A stretch of 64,000 nt of DNA, from positions 118,360 to 182,359 of the IMG/VR virus record IMGVR_UViG_3300035696_000005. One strand, written 5' to 3'. Under the pieces are notes generated by a model, which ran no database searches, had not been told where the DNA came from, and worked only from the letters and a program-made list of their open reading frames with translations. This stretch comes from a virus. A program made the position numbers and the translations under genes. Numbering within the stretch: the first letter of the stretch is position 1; the number at the start of each line of letters is the position of its first letter. Of the stretch, positions 51,219 through 62,291 are shown piece after piece.

Positions 51219-51224
51219 CTGACT

Positions 51225-52496
51225 ATGGCAACCCAAACCCCGAATCTAGGTCTTGTTCAACCTGCGCGTGGCGAGTTCACTGGAACTTGGGACATCCCAA
51301 TCAACGGTAACTCCTCAATCATTGACACCGCTGTCGGTGAGCTTCAAACCGATATTACAGACGCACAGGGATCAGCATCAAGTCTAGCTGCACGACTTTC
51401 AATCTCCCTTGATCCTCTTGGAAATCCACTTCCTTCACCGGAAATTCTGGCAGCCAGGGTCAGCACTATTTACGGAACACAAACAAGTCTCGACGCACGC
51501 ATCGAGGCTGTTGATACAGAAGTTTTCACCGCCCGTCAGAGCCTCCCTATGCTTCGAGATGCGATGGCTTGGGGACTTAGCAATCATACAAGCGATAGCG
51601 TCGTCAGCGCACCTCCTGGGTTTCTTTCCTACACAGGTGCTAATGTCTATGTTAACGGATCAGTGACTCCGGTTGTCAGTGACATCAATGGTTATCGCCA
51701 GGTGGTCAGCACTCAGATATCAACAACGATTTCTGGTATTGCTGGAACGTACTATATCTATCTCCAAAGAAATCCGGCTGGTCAGATCGTCTTGGACCGC
51801 ACCGGAGCAGGACAGAATACTGGAACCGTTACCACAGACTTGTCTAGTAATCTGACGGTGCTGAATGACACAACTCAAAACTTCATTAGCGAAGACATTG
51901 AGCCTGGGCAGCTTCTTCAAATCACTTCCGTTGGATCTCAGAACCTAGGCACTTACGTGATCGCAGCCGTGGGATATAATTCAAACCCGAATAATCTTCA
52001 GATTATCGGAAACTTTGTTTCTGCCCAAGCTGGTTTGAATTACAAAATCATTGACCCAGTTGCCCCGACTGTTGGTTTTACTGCTACTGCGCCAGCAGGT
52101 CGGTTCGCTCCGGTTTCCAATCAGATTTTCATTGGACAAGCTGTGTTTGACGGAACGAACGTGACCAGCATTATTACGTATGCGCTTCAGGGTCACTATG
52201 AAGGATTCACGGGTGTTACGCTGATCGGTGGATATTATAATCTTACGATCCCTCATAACATCGGTTATGTACCTACTGGTCTTAAGGTTTATGCAAGCCA
52301 GGCTAGTGACTTCTCTCAAGTTCTTGAGAGGTTGTCGGATGGAGATATGACGACAAGCACCCTCTTGAGGAGTGTAATTACCGCTCAAGATGATCTCAAC
52401 ATTTACATCAAGAATCCTACAAACGGCGTATTTTATAAGAGCTTTGCCGGTATTACTCAGACAGCTGGTTTTCTTTTCGTGGTTGTGGATCGATAA
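51225..52496 (+). CDS. Tail fibre-associated structural protein
   Basis: N-terminal TPNLGLVQP..W..N...ID motif; 423 aa. Confidence 0.55.
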   Translation: MATQTPNLGLVQPARGEFTGTWDIPINGNSSIIDTAVGELQTDITDAQGSASSLAARLSISLDPLGNPLPSPEILAARVSTIYGTQTSLDARIEAVDTEVFTARQSLPMLRDAMAWGLSNHTSDSVVSAPPGFLSYTGANVYVNGSVTPVVSDINGYRQVVSTQISTTISGIAGTYYIYLQRNPAGQIVLDRTGAGQNTGTVTTDLSSNLTVLNDTTQNFISEDIEPGQLLQITSVGSQNLGTYVIAAVGYNSNPNNLQIIGNFVSAQAGLNYKIIDPVAPTVGFTATAPAGRFAPVSNQIFIGQAVFDGTNVTSIITYALQGHYEGFTGVTLIGGYYNLTIPHNIGYVPTGLKVYASQASDFSQVLERLSDGDMTTSTLLRSVITAQDDLNIYIKNPTNGVFYKSFAGITQTAGFLFVVVDR

Positions 52497-52509
52497 GCGA
52501 GGTTAATTC

Positions 52510-55500
52510 GTGGCTATTACTAAGTCCATTCGATTTGCAGCGCCCTATACATCAGGAACCTTCAATAACGAAGAGCTGCTGAACATTGGAAGAAACGGAG
52601 TTGTGACCGGATGTTCCGTTAGCACGTCTGGTACTGTTGTCACAGTTCAGCCCGGCAGCTTCATTCAGCAAGGTCTTATTGTTTCATTCAGTGTCCCGCT
52701 CTCCACGGTTCTTCCTTCTAATCTGGTTGCGCCTTACTCAGTTGTAGTAACTACCTCATCTTCAGTTCAAAACCCTGCAGAAGTTATCACACCTACCTTC
52801 GCTCAAAGACCTGAGGATCTTTCTCTAAACTCAGTTGTTTTGGCGGACTGGGACGGACAAGAGTGGGTTGCGCGTCAGCATCTTCAGATTAACGATATCC
52901 TTCTTGCAGCTCAAAACAAGGATGTTGAGCAAGGTTTTACCGGCGTTGCACAAGGTTTCGAAGTTACAAGCGCAGCTGGTAACCTCGTCACGACCCCAGG
53001 CTCATTAATTGATCAGCAAGGCTCTTACTTTGCTAAAACACTTTCTCAAAGCTTCCCTGAGGTTGCTTCAGATATTGACGGTCTTCTTCGCGTCGACGAG
53101 CTGGTTTATCGCAGACCAAGTGATGATCCAAACCGTCCTGGAAGCCTTCAATATGTAGTGGGTCCTACTTTCAATGCGGCAAGCAGCGTTGAGGTTCTAC
53201 ACACGACTGAAATCGGAAATACCTCGGTAGTGAATACTGCAGGGAAGATTCTGAATGTTGCTTCAACCAATGAAAGCATCTTCCTCTACATTGCTGACTA
53301 TGGAGCACGTGCTCAGCTGATGCTGAGATCCTCTCCGGACCTAATGACGTCGGTAAGCTCTGCGTCCAGCATTACTACTGGACTTAGCGGCTTTGATGCG
53401 GCTTTCAGCCTTTCTGGAAACATCGATCTCATTTATACTCGCGGCAATAATCTTTACTACCAGCAGGTAACCACTGCAGGTGCTCCAGTTGTCGCTGAAA
53501 TTCAGATCGCGTCTCACGCGGTTCCGCTTGCCAATCCAAAGCTTGCTTCGATCGTTACTGGGACTATCTACTACATGCACATCGTGTATGAGGTTGTCCT
53601 CTCGAACGCCGTTCACCAGCTCTTTTATGTTCGTCTTTCAAGCTCCGCAACAGTAGAAACTCCGCAGCAACTACTAGTTGATTTAAGTGCGGTTGTTACC
53701 AATCCATCTGTTGCTAATGATGACACGGACGACGTACTACTTCTTGCTTACGAAAACGCAACAACTGGCAAAGTCTATTACCGAGAGTATGACGCTTCAA
53801 CAGCCACAGCCGTCGCTCCTCCGACTCAATTAGGAACGACTCTTGAGCTTGAGGATGACACGCTTGTTATTAGCTCTGACACGGTTCTTCCTGCAAATGG
53901 AGCTCAGCAGCCCATCATTAAGATTGCCGAAAACAAAGAAGTTTATGTCTTCTGGCTGCAAAATAAAGGTTCAGGAAACTACGGCGTTGGCATCTACAAC
54001 GAAGCCTACATCACCGATTTTGGACATAAGTCGGTTATCCAAGATTTGATTGTTTCTGGCGAGAACATCGGACTCTTTGATGTTCAGCTCGACGGGCTTA
54101 GCAATGCGCACTTTCTTTTAGGACGCGGCACCCACACCTACAAAGCCTCGTTGCAACTTGAGTCGGCGGATGTTCTTGGAGCGACGACAGCGATTGATTC
54201 TACACTTCCTTCGGCTGTTGCTACGAACTTCAACGCTAAAGGTTCTTTGGTTCAGATGTGGTCTTACCCAAGCACCGGGACCACGCCAAACAATAGCACC
54301 CTTCCAGTTCAGTTTATCGGCCCAGGTTTATTCCCCGTTTCATCGTCGGTTGCGGCAAATGAATTTGTCATGCTGCAGTCTGATTACAACAGTCTGCCAA
54401 CAGTCCCAACTGTGGGTGATACGCTTACAATCGCGAGTGCAGGATCAGACAATGGAACGTTCCAATTCCTTAGTGCTCGCACCTACGTAGAGGCATCTGT
54501 CACTTATGTGGCGGTTGCCACAAGTGCAACCTTCACGATGCATGCTTCTGGACCTACGGTTCAGTTTCTTCTCCAGGCAGGAACTGATATCGATGTCGCA
54601 AAAACAACGGCGGGTGTCTTTACTAATCTTCGAAGTTTCAGCCCAATCCACACTGATGTTATTCTTGCCCATTACCGCACGCCTGACGGAGTGGTGGCTG
54701 TTCAAAGTGAAGCTCTTGATGCGCGAACGGATATCTCAAGACTTTACGAGTTTCTTAATGTCTCTGAGGCATCGGGTGTCGTCGACTGGCAGGTCCTTGG
54801 AACAAGCATTCTATCTTTCGTAAATAACATCACGTTCAATTTCTTGAACCGGGTATCGACCTACACTGTTAACGCACTTCCTGGCGGTATTACTATTCCT
54901 CCTGGAAGCGCTGCTTATGTTCAAATCCCAGATACAGACGAAGACGCAACGCTCACTCTTGAGGTCGCTGCATTTGGTAGCGGAATCCTAGATAGGAACA
55001 GTAGAAATACATATGTTCTGTTTTGGAACGTGGGTGGAACGCTTTACTCGAAATTTGCTTCGATGTCAGCGAGCAATCACCAGAACATTATTTATGTCAG
55101 TCTTTCTGGTAGCGATGCAAGTGGTAACGGTTCTTACAACAATCCTTTTAGAACGTGGGTAAAAGCAAACGACGCGGTACTTGCCGCTTCCCCAGCACCT
55201 TCGATCAGCAACATCTACACTATTTGGGGTGATCCTGGCTTTTATCAAGAAACCTCTTCTTTTACATTCTTAGACTTCTGTGTTTATTACATGCCTGTTG
55301 GAGCAGTTGGGGCTGGTGGTGTTTGTGTTCCAGATCCTCTACACCTAGGCCAGTATCTGAATATCACCGTTAACCAAGCCTCGGGCTCTCAAATCTTTCT
55401 TTACGGCGTTTCGACCACGAGTGATTACACTGGCGCAACAGGAAGCGGTATCGTCATTAACGATGACGGTACTCCTCACGATGGACACTACGAAGTGTTC

Positions 55501-58062
55501 GGAATGTCCCTTGCTTCTATCCCAGGACCGACCACGTTCAATGGTTTGGGGGCTTCAAGATCCATCATCGTATGCGATACTGACACAATCCTCTCTAATT
55601 TCCCAGGCGCTGGAACTATTGTAAATAACGCCCAATTGCAACTGTCCAAGGCTTATGCGCGTAACACGATCACGCTTAATCAAACGACCCCTCCTGGAGA
55701 TGGAGGCTGTGTTCTTTACGGTGAACACGCGGTTATCGCTGATCTGGTTACGATCAATGGTGGTTCAGGAGATCCGGCTTATGCCGCTCTTTTAAGCTGC
55801 GATTCAAGAGTTGCAAGCTTTGCCGTCAACGGAACCAACGCTTCATTGAGGGCAGATAGTGTCAGTCTTCCAAGTGATTCTTCCAACATTACCTATAGCG
55901 GCGGAGCTTCAGCTGCAAGCAATCTTATCCTTTACACGGAAGCCTACGCTCTTGGCTATAGCCCTTCTGTTGCGACTCAATGGCCATATTCTGAGCCAAA
56001 TGATGCGCACGACGGGCTTGAGACAGCCACAGACTCTGCACGAGCCTTGCTGTTTCCATTTAAGACTGATGTCAACTTGGCCAATACTTATAGGGTCATT
56101 ATTAACCCAGTCGATGTTACGATGCTCGATGGAACAATCGCAAGCAGGCTCCAAAAGCAAAATATCATGGAGTTCGCTGGAGCTCAGGTCGACTTCTCCA
56201 ACGGAAATATTTATGACATTACGGGTGTAACCGTCACACAGACCTTCACTTTGTCTGCTGTCCCAACAGGTGATTGGCTCTGGTATGCGATCTCTCTGAC
56301 CACAGAGACCATCGGTACCGACAATAGAGCTATCGCACAGGTGAGTGTAAGCCCAGCCACTGGGTACGCCTCTGGTGCTGACCCGTATGTCTCTGGCGCA
56401 CCAAGAGCCACGTTTATTTCCGGAACCCCTGTCTCACAAGTCGCTATCCAATCGACCGGAGCAACTGCTGGACAAATTGAGCCTCTTACTCAAACAAATG
56501 TCGTTCAGACCTTCGCTGGGAACGGAAGCGGAAGCGGTTCATCAAGTGGGGTACCAGCATCCCCCGCTGACGGCTTCCAGTTTTTGGTTGCTGAGAATCC
56601 TTTCTCTGCTCCCGCAGGAAGTCCTGGCTCGGATATCGATCCAGCAAACACCACTGGAACGTTCAATGGTGGCGAACTTCTTTACCAAATGCTGTGTGAT
56701 AAAACCAAGACGATCACTACAGTTGGAACAGCATACACTCTTTCCGGCGATCCAAGCTTTACCGTAACTCCTGGATGTATTATCTGGGTCAACTCGCTTG
56801 CTACATGGGCAAGAATTGCGACTGTTACGACGCAATCAACCGGTACTTTGGATGCTGCATTCTCTAGCAACCAGAGTGGCGCAGCAGGCATGGTCTCTCA
56901 GGCAGTCACAACACTTGATCTGACTGCGATTGGACTTGCCTCCCATCACCAGCGTGGTATCGATATTTTCCCAGGCGAAACGGTTAACCAGATCAACATC
57001 GCTTACACCGATTCTCTTGCTATCGCAGATGGGATCTTTGACCCAGTTGTTACCGCTGAAATAGTTGTTTCAGGATCGAACTCAGGTCTTCAAGGGGCTT
57101 CTGGAACTCCTCTTTCATCAACCTACACTTCGATCTTTACGAGACCCTCTGAAGTTCCCGTGGATGGACAACTCCCAACCTGGCCAAACTACCCGCTGAC
57201 GTTGAACACGAATTCTCAGCGGTTGTTCTTAGTGTTCTTTCCGAACCCAAATAACGGATCTGTCACGGCTCAGTCAAATCTTCTGAGCTATAGTGCTTCG
57301 ATGTATCCAGCCCAAGTCCTTAACAATGGCGGATATTTGAACTCAGCTTTCTGCATGACGGACGGCTCTGGGACTCCTGTTGATTCCAGCGTTGCTGTAG
57401 TGGGAGGGTACACGCAGGTTACCCTAACATGGAGCTATGTTCCTGGGCTCAATCCAGGACTTCCAGATGGTGACCTTGAAGTCATCATTGAAGGCGCAGT
57501 TATTCCTCGTTACTTCACGGGTGTTGTCGGTCAGTATTACACGGAATTAAACCCTTATCTCATTCAGCTATCGGCGGATTATTCAGGGTTCTCATATTCC
57601 GTTCAGGTTCGTCGTCGCCAGGGCTCGATTGATACAGCTGATCAAAATGCTCTGACCCTTGGAAACCTAGCTGCAGCAACTGTCGGTACTTCGGCTCAAG
57701 TAGCGGCAGGCCAAGCAGGCTACACAACTTTGACTTCAGCACTCGCTGCGGTTGGAGCCGGAGCAAGAATTCAAATTCTTCCAGGAGTTACCACAACTGA
57801 ACCAGGTGGATCGGTTACGATCTCTCAGGCAGTTATGCTCTTTGGAAACGGGCTAAGCTCTGTGATTGGTGCAAATCTTGTGGTTGGATCAACAACAGGC
57901 TCTTCAACACCTACTGACGGCTCGGTGTTGAAATGGTTCAAAGTAACTGGCACGATTACATTGAACGCGAACTACATGTTCTATCAAGAAGCTTGGCAAA
58001 CGCTTGGTCAAACGTTTACCGATAACGGGATCGAGAATACTGTTCAAATAAGGACGTTGTAA
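52510..58062 (+). CDS. Large tail fibre/spike-like protein
   Basis: 1850 aa, beta-rich; IIYVSLSGSDASGNGSYNNPFRT beta-helix lead-in motif. Confidence 0.6.
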   Translation: MAITKSIRFAAPYTSGTFNNEELLNIGRNGVVTGCSVSTSGTVVTVQPGSFIQQGLIVSFSVPLSTVLPSNLVAPYSVVVTTSSSVQNPAEVITPTFAQRPEDLSLNSVVLADWDGQEWVARQHLQINDILLAAQNKDVEQGFTGVAQGFEVTSAAGNLVTTPGSLIDQQGSYFAKTLSQSFPEVASDIDGLLRVDELVYRRPSDDPNRPGSLQYVVGPTFNAASSVEVLHTTEIGNTSVVNTAGKILNVASTNESIFLYIADYGARAQLMLRSSPDLMTSVSSASSITTGLSGFDAAFSLSGNIDLIYTRGNNLYYQQVTTAGAPVVAEIQIASHAVPLANPKLASIVTGTIYYMHIVYEVVLSNAVHQLFYVRLSSSATVETPQQLLVDLSAVVTNPSVANDDTDDVLLLAYENATTGKVYYREYDASTATAVAPPTQLGTTLELEDDTLVISSDTVLPANGAQQPIIKIAENKEVYVFWLQNKGSGNYGVGIYNEAYITDFGHKSVIQDLIVSGENIGLFDVQLDGLSNAHFLLGRGTHTYKASLQLESADVLGATTAIDSTLPSAVATNFNAKGSLVQMWSYPSTGTTPNNSTLPVQFIGPGLFPVSSSVAANEFVMLQSDYNSLPTVPTVGDTLTIASAGSDNGTFQFLSARTYVEASVTYVAVATSATFTMHASGPTVQFLLQAGTDIDVAKTTAGVFTNLRSFSPIHTDVILAHYRTPDGVVAVQSEALDARTDISRLYEFLNVSEASGVVDWQVLGTSILSFVNNITFNFLNRVSTYTVNALPGGITIPPGSAAYVQIPDTDEDATLTLEVAAFGSGILDRNSRNTYVLFWNVGGTLYSKFASMSASNHQNIIYVSLSGSDASGNGSYNNPFRTWVKANDAVLAASPAPSISNIYTIWGDPGFYQETSSFTFLDFCVYYMPVGAVGAGGVCVPDPLHLGQYLNITVNQASGSQIFLYGVSTTSDYTGATGSGIVINDDGTPHDGHYEVFGMSLASIPGPTTFNGLGASRSIIVCDTDTILSNFPGAGTIVNNAQLQLSKAYARNTITLNQTTPPGDGGCVLYGEHAVIADLVTINGGSGDPAYAALLSCDSRVASFAVNGTNASLRADSVSLPSDSSNITYSGGASAASNLILYTEAYALGYSPSVATQWPYSEPNDAHDGLETATDSARALLFPFKTDVNLANTYRVIINPVDVTMLDGTIASRLQKQNIMEFAGAQVDFSNGNIYDITGVTVTQTFTLSAVPTGDWLWYAISLTTETIGTDNRAIAQVSVSPATGYASGADPYVSGAPRATFISGTPVSQVAIQSTGATAGQIEPLTQTNVVQTFAGNGSGSGSSSGVPASPADGFQFLVAENPFSAPAGSPGSDIDPANTTGTFNGGELLYQMLCDKTKTITTVGTAYTLSGDPSFTVTPGCIIWVNSLATWARIATVTTQSTGTLDAAFSSNQSGAAGMVSQAVTTLDLTAIGLASHHQRGIDIFPGETVNQINIAYTDSLAIADGIFDPVVTAEIVVSGSNSGLQGASGTPLSSTYTSIFTRPSEVPVDGQLPTWPNYPLTLNTNSQRLFLVFFPNPNNGSVTAQSNLLSYSASMYPAQVLNNGGYLNSAFCMTDGSGTPVDSSVAVVGGYTQVTLTWSYVPGLNPGLPDGDLEVIIEGAVIPRYFTGVVGQYYTELNPYLIQLSADYSGFSYSVQVRRRQGSIDTADQNALTLGNLAAATVGTSAQVAAGQAGYTTLTSALAAVGAGARIQILPGVTTTEPGGSVTISQAVMLFGNGLSSVIGANLVVGSTTGSSTPTDGSVLKWFKVTGTITLNANYMFYQEAWQTLGQTFTDNGIENTVQIRTL

Positions 58063-58581
58063 ATGGGTTTGATTTCTTACGACATACCAGCAGGAACAAT
58101 GCAATCCTTTGGGGGACCGATTAGCAATATCCCGAGCGGATGGCTCTATTGCAATGGAGCAAGCGTGCTTCGTGCGGATTACCCAGAGCTGTTCGCCGCA
58201 ATCGGAACTGCATGGGGAGCCGCTGACGGCTTGCATTTTAACTTGCCATACACCCCCGGGCTATTTCTGAGAGGTCAGGCTGACGGCTCTGGATTTGACC
58301 CAGATCGTGGAACTCGCAGTGCCATCCAGGGCGGAGGAAATACCGGAGATAGTGTTGGCTCGTATCAGGGCACACAAATCCAAAGCCACTTCCACTGGGG
58401 AATTACAGAAGACCCGGCAGAAAGCGCAAATACATGGGGAAATGGTTTCGCTACGTCACCAGGAAATACGCAGACAGGAGCTGGCACTAGTGGTCCAAAC
58501 CACGTGACAGGAACATCATCTACTGGCGGAAACCAAACAAACCCGTATAACGTTTACGTAAACTATATGATTAAATATTAA
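58063..58581 (+). CDS. Tail collar domain protein 1
   Basis: IPAGTMQSFGG..PSGWLYCNG..YPELFAAIG..FNLP..GLFLRG. Confidence 0.85.
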   Translation: MGLISYDIPAGTMQSFGGPISNIPSGWLYCNGASVLRADYPELFAAIGTAWGAADGLHFNLPYTPGLFLRGQADGSGFDPDRGTRSAIQGGGNTGDSVGSYQGTQIQSHFHWGITEDPAESANTWGNGFATSPGNTQTGAGTSGPNHVTGTSSTGGNQTNPYNVYVNYMIKY

Positions 58582-58590
58582 GGAATAGAA

Positions 58591-59169
58591 ATGCCAAATA
58601 GTACACAACTAGGAACAGGAGTCGTTCTTTCATCGCCACAGCAGGGTCCGCCAATTACTTTGCCTCAGCAGAGTGTCGATACCGTTAACCTTACTCCTGC
58701 CGTCCAACAACAACTTGTCCCTCCAGGGACAGTTATTGACTTTGCTGGTCCGACAGCTCCCACAGGCTATTTGATTTGTGATGGCAGTGCTATTAGTCAA
58801 ACTGTGTATGCTAATCTTTACGCAGCAATCGGTACCTACTGGGGCGCGCCTGGCGGCGGGAATTTCAGTCTTCCGGATATGCGCGGATTTTTTACTCGTA
58901 TGGTGGATACTACGGCTGGTGCACGAGACCCCGACTATTTATCTAGAACACCTTTCGGAACTGGGACAAGCGATCAAGTTGGATCGTACCAATGGCACCA
59001 GTTTTATAGTCACGATCACCCAAACTGGGCACCCACAGTAGAGACAGGAAACGGATCTTTTCCTGTCATATCGCTCGTAATTAATTCTCAGACCTCCTCT
59101 ACTGGATATGCAGGTGGCAATGAAACTCGTCCTATCAACGTTTACGTGGTTAAGTGTATTAAGTACTAA
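58591..59169 (+). CDS. Tail collar domain protein 2
   Basis: PPGTVIDFAG..PTGYLICDG..YANLYAAIG..FSLPDMRG..GGNETRP. Confidence 0.85.
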   Translation: MPNSTQLGTGVVLSSPQQGPPITLPQQSVDTVNLTPAVQQQLVPPGTVIDFAGPTAPTGYLICDGSAISQTVYANLYAAIGTYWGAPGGGNFSLPDMRGFFTRMVDTTAGARDPDYLSRTPFGTGTSDQVGSYQWHQFYSHDHPNWAPTVETGNGSFPVISLVINSQTSSTGYAGGNETRPINVYVVKCIKY

Positions 59170-59179
59170 GGAGAAACAG

Positions 59180-59632
59180 ATGCAAGCTTATCAATGCAAT
59201 ATGAATGGAATTTTTATCGGCATGACAAATTGTCAGCCATCTCCTTTGCAGCCTGGTATGTTTTTAGTTCCGGGTGGTGCTACGACGATAGCGCCCCCTT
59301 CGTTTAACTCCGCAACACAGGCAGCGCAATTTAACTTTGCTAATCAAACTTGGAGTATCATTCCGCTTCCTCCTGCTGGTCTTTCTTATGGCTCTCAAGA
59401 GCTTAGCCTAACTGTTGGAACAGCAATGTCTCCGCTAGCTCCCAGCATCAGTGGCGGTGCGGTGGCTTCGTATTCAGTAAGTCCTGCACTTCCCGCAGGA
59501 CTGTCACTTGATCCGGTAGCAGGGACTATTTCTGGTGCACCAACGACTGCGTCAACAACTCTGTGTGTAATCCAAGCGTCGAATTCAAGTGGTAGCTGCT
59601 CTGCTACTCTCTCGATTATTGTGGGGTCTTAA
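59180..59632 (+). CDS. Tail fibre assembly-like domain fused to putative Ig (He_PIG-like) domain
   Basis: SPLQPGMFLVPGGATTIAPP..W; SYSVSPALPAGLSLDP..GTISGAPT; AAGGAG RBS before 59180. Confidence 0.7.
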   Translation: MQAYQCNMNGIFIGMTNCQPSPLQPGMFLVPGGATTIAPPSFNSATQAAQFNFANQTWSIIPLPPAGLSYGSQELSLTVGTAMSPLAPSISGGAVASYSVSPALPAGLSLDPVAGTISGAPTTASTTLCVIQASNSSGSCSATLSIIVGS

Positions 59633-60139
59633 ATGCCAAGAATTGCTGGGATCGATAAATCAGGTACTCCGGTAGGGATAGTCTCTTCCATCGCGTATGA
59701 TTCTGCGCTTCCTGCAGGAACTCTTCTGTGCGATGGCTCTTCCGTTAGTCAAACTGCATACCCTATTCTTTATGCCGCAATTGGCACTAAATGGGGCACG
59801 GCTGGGGCCGGTTTTTTTAATTTACCCGACTTAAGGGGAAAATTTATTCGCGGACGAGATCACGGTGCTGGGAATGACCCTGATGTTGGTTCGCGAACAG
59901 CACAAGATTCGGGTGGTGAAACTGGGGATAACGTCGGATCGGTGCAGGGACATCAGCTTGTCAGCCATACCCACAACACCGGAACTCTTTGTCCGGCTGC
60001 GTGGACCTCGGCTGCCGACCTTGCCGCCTTTCCGAATAACGTGACCACGCCCCTCAAGACTGTTGACATCGGCTATACTGGCGGCAACGAAACCCGCCCC
60101 ATCAATGCTTATTGTAACTATGTAATCGCTTACCTTTAA
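59633..60139 (+). CDS. Tail collar domain protein 3
   Basis: PVGIV..LPAGTLLCDG..YPILYAAIG..FNLPDLRGKFIRG..GGNETRP. Confidence 0.85.
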   Translation: MPRIAGIDKSGTPVGIVSSIAYDSALPAGTLLCDGSSVSQTAYPILYAAIGTKWGTAGAGFFNLPDLRGKFIRGRDHGAGNDPDVGSRTAQDSGGETGDNVGSVQGHQLVSHTHNTGTLCPAAWTSAADLAAFPNNVTTPLKTVDIGYTGGNETRPINAYCNYVIAYL

Positions 60140-60165
60140 TATAGGGCTATAATGACTGGAGATTT

Positions 60166-61074
60166 ATGAAAAAATATTTGATTCCTCTAATCCTCCTCGT
60201 GATGGCTCCAGTCGCCTTTGCCCTCTATCCTATCGATAAGCAGGTGGACAGACTTGGAAATACCATCGGCGGGCCTCTCATGTATATCCCTGCTGTAGGA
60301 ACTCAGTTTCTTTCTGATACGAACGCCGTGACTGTTACCGGTAAAAACATGTCCGGTTTAACTAACACCTTCACGAATATTCCTTCCACAGCTCTTCCGA
60401 CATTTAATGGCACTCAAGCCGGTATCGTTCCACCGGATTCAACTATCCAAGGATACTTCCTAAGAGACGACGGAACCTGGGTGCACGTTACGGGCGGTGG
60501 AGGTGGTAGCCCAGGTGGGTCTAGCACGGCTGTTCAGATCAACGAGTTCTCTGCGTTTGGTGGCAATGCAGCTTACATCGGCACTTCCACGGACTTTAAA
60601 AGGCTCCTTCTAGGCGGTGCAACAGACGACAGCACATCATGGCTTCAAGCGAATGGAAACATCGCAGTTAGCGGTACTACAATCACATCCACTCTTAAGG
60701 TTACGACAAGTCCAACGAGCGGCTACGTTCTTACCTCAGATTCATCCGGAAACGCCACATGGCAAGCACCCTCTGGTGGTGGATCTTCAAGAACTACAAA
60801 CACTGTCTCGTCTATGTTCACAATTCCAACTCTTACAAAAGATTATCTTTTAAATGTAGATACGTCGCTTGGTGCAATACCTATCACGCTGCCAGATGCC
60901 ACTGCGAGTAGCGGCTGGTGTGTGGATATCAAGAATATCGGTTCGCCTACAAATAACCTGACAGTAGGGACTCAAATGTCACAGACGATTGATGCTGCGG
61001 CAACTGCCACAATTAATGGTACAATGGATTCCAGGCATTTGTGTGCCAACGGTGGGAATTGGTTCAATTATTAA
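60166..61074 (+). CDS. Signal-peptide-bearing fibre-like protein 1
   Basis: MKKYLIPLILLVMAPVAFA|LY; TSPTSGYVLTSDSSGNATW module. Confidence 0.7.
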   Translation: MKKYLIPLILLVMAPVAFALYPIDKQVDRLGNTIGGPLMYIPAVGTQFLSDTNAVTVTGKNMSGLTNTFTNIPSTALPTFNGTQAGIVPPDSTIQGYFLRDDGTWVHVTGGGGGSPGGSSTAVQINEFSAFGGNAAYIGTSTDFKRLLLGGATDDSTSWLQANGNIAVSGTTITSTLKVTTSPTSGYVLTSDSSGNATWQAPSGGGSSRTTNTVSSMFTIPTLTKDYLLNVDTSLGAIPITLPDATASSGWCVDIKNIGSPTNNLTVGTQMSQTIDAAATATINGTMDSRHLCANGGNWFNY

Positions 61075-61092
61075 GCTAAGAGGATAGAAATA

Positions 61093-62247
61093 ATGAAGAA
61101 TTTTATCGTAGCATTCACAATGCTATTCTCGTTGTCAGTATACGCTGATTACGTACAGGACTTAACTGTCCCAAGAGGTGGTACTGGGCAGACATCATTT
61201 ACGAGCGGCACGCCTTTGATCGGTAACGGAGGCAGCGCGATTTCCCAAGGTACCGTCTCTGGTAACACGACCGAGTTCGTGACGACCACGGGTACTTTGA
61301 CCAGCGGTCACTGCGTTGACATCGACTCGCACGGAAACTTTATTGACTCGGGTGCAGCCTGTAGCGCGGGTGGATCTGGCACTGTAAATAGCGGTACTGC
61401 AGGTCAGATGGCTTATTATGCAACTTCAACGAACGCGGTTAGCGGTGATGCTGACGCCACCATTTCGGCTGGCGCACTGACTCTCGGTGTGAACACAACA
61501 GCGACGGGGTCTTTGCTACTTGCGAACGGGGCAGCTGGTGGTGCAGCTACCACGATTCAACCCTCTTCCTCTACACTCTCGGCGTGGTCGCTGACCCTGC
61601 CGTCATCTGGAGGCTCTAACGGCTACCTTCTCTCGACTAACGGTAGCGGAGTAACGAGCTGGGTAGCACCTGGAGCAAATACCGCTCTCAGTAACTTGGC
61701 ATCGGTTGCGATCAATACATCGCTTCTACCTGCTACAGCCGGAAGCGCTAACATTGGTAGCGCGGCTTTGCCTTTTGGAACTGACTATGAGCAAGAATTA
61801 GACCTGATCGGTTCTACATCTGGAAACGTCCAAGTTAAAGCAGCCGCTGTTACCACGCCATGGACCATTACGCTGCCTGCTGCAGTTTGCAGTAGCGGTC
61901 AATATTGGGCTGATAACGGATCAGGTGTTTATAGCTGTACTACACTTACGACTCCGAACGTAACAGTGACGAACGGTGGAGATACTGCTTACGCAATTCT
62001 ATCTACAGATCAGCACATTCGCAGCGGTACAACGCTGACTGCGCCGAGAACGTATACACTGCCAGCTTGTACGTCTTTAACAATCGGGAAGAAGTTCGAG
62101 ATCAAGAACCTGCCTAGCCAAACATTCAATCTCACTGTTGCGACGAGCGGAAGCGATATGATTGACGGAAGCTCAACCTGGGTATTGGAGCCAGGGGATT
62201 CCGTTCCTGTTGTTTGCGCAGTGGCTACTGCATGGGATGTTGAATAA
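61093..62247 (+). CDS. Signal-peptide-bearing fibre-like protein 2
   Basis: MKNFIVAFTMLFSLSVYA|DY; GYLLSTNGSGVTSW and ANTALSNLASVAIN modules. Confidence 0.7.
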   Translation: MKNFIVAFTMLFSLSVYADYVQDLTVPRGGTGQTSFTSGTPLIGNGGSAISQGTVSGNTTEFVTTTGTLTSGHCVDIDSHGNFIDSGAACSAGGSGTVNSGTAGQMAYYATSTNAVSGDADATISAGALTLGVNTTATGSLLLANGAAGGAATTIQPSSSTLSAWSLTLPSSGGSNGYLLSTNGSGVTSWVAPGANTALSNLASVAINTSLLPATAGSANIGSAALPFGTDYEQELDLIGSTSGNVQVKAAAVTTPWTITLPAAVCSSGQYWADNGSGVYSCTTLTTPNVTVTNGGDTAYAILSTDQHIRSGTTLTAPRTYTLPACTSLTIGKKFEIKNLPSQTFNLTVATSGSDMIDGSSTWVLEPGDSVPVVCAVATAWDVE

Positions 62248-62291
62248 TTGATGGATTTGACAGAGGCGAAGGCGTAAAAGGAAATTTAGAT

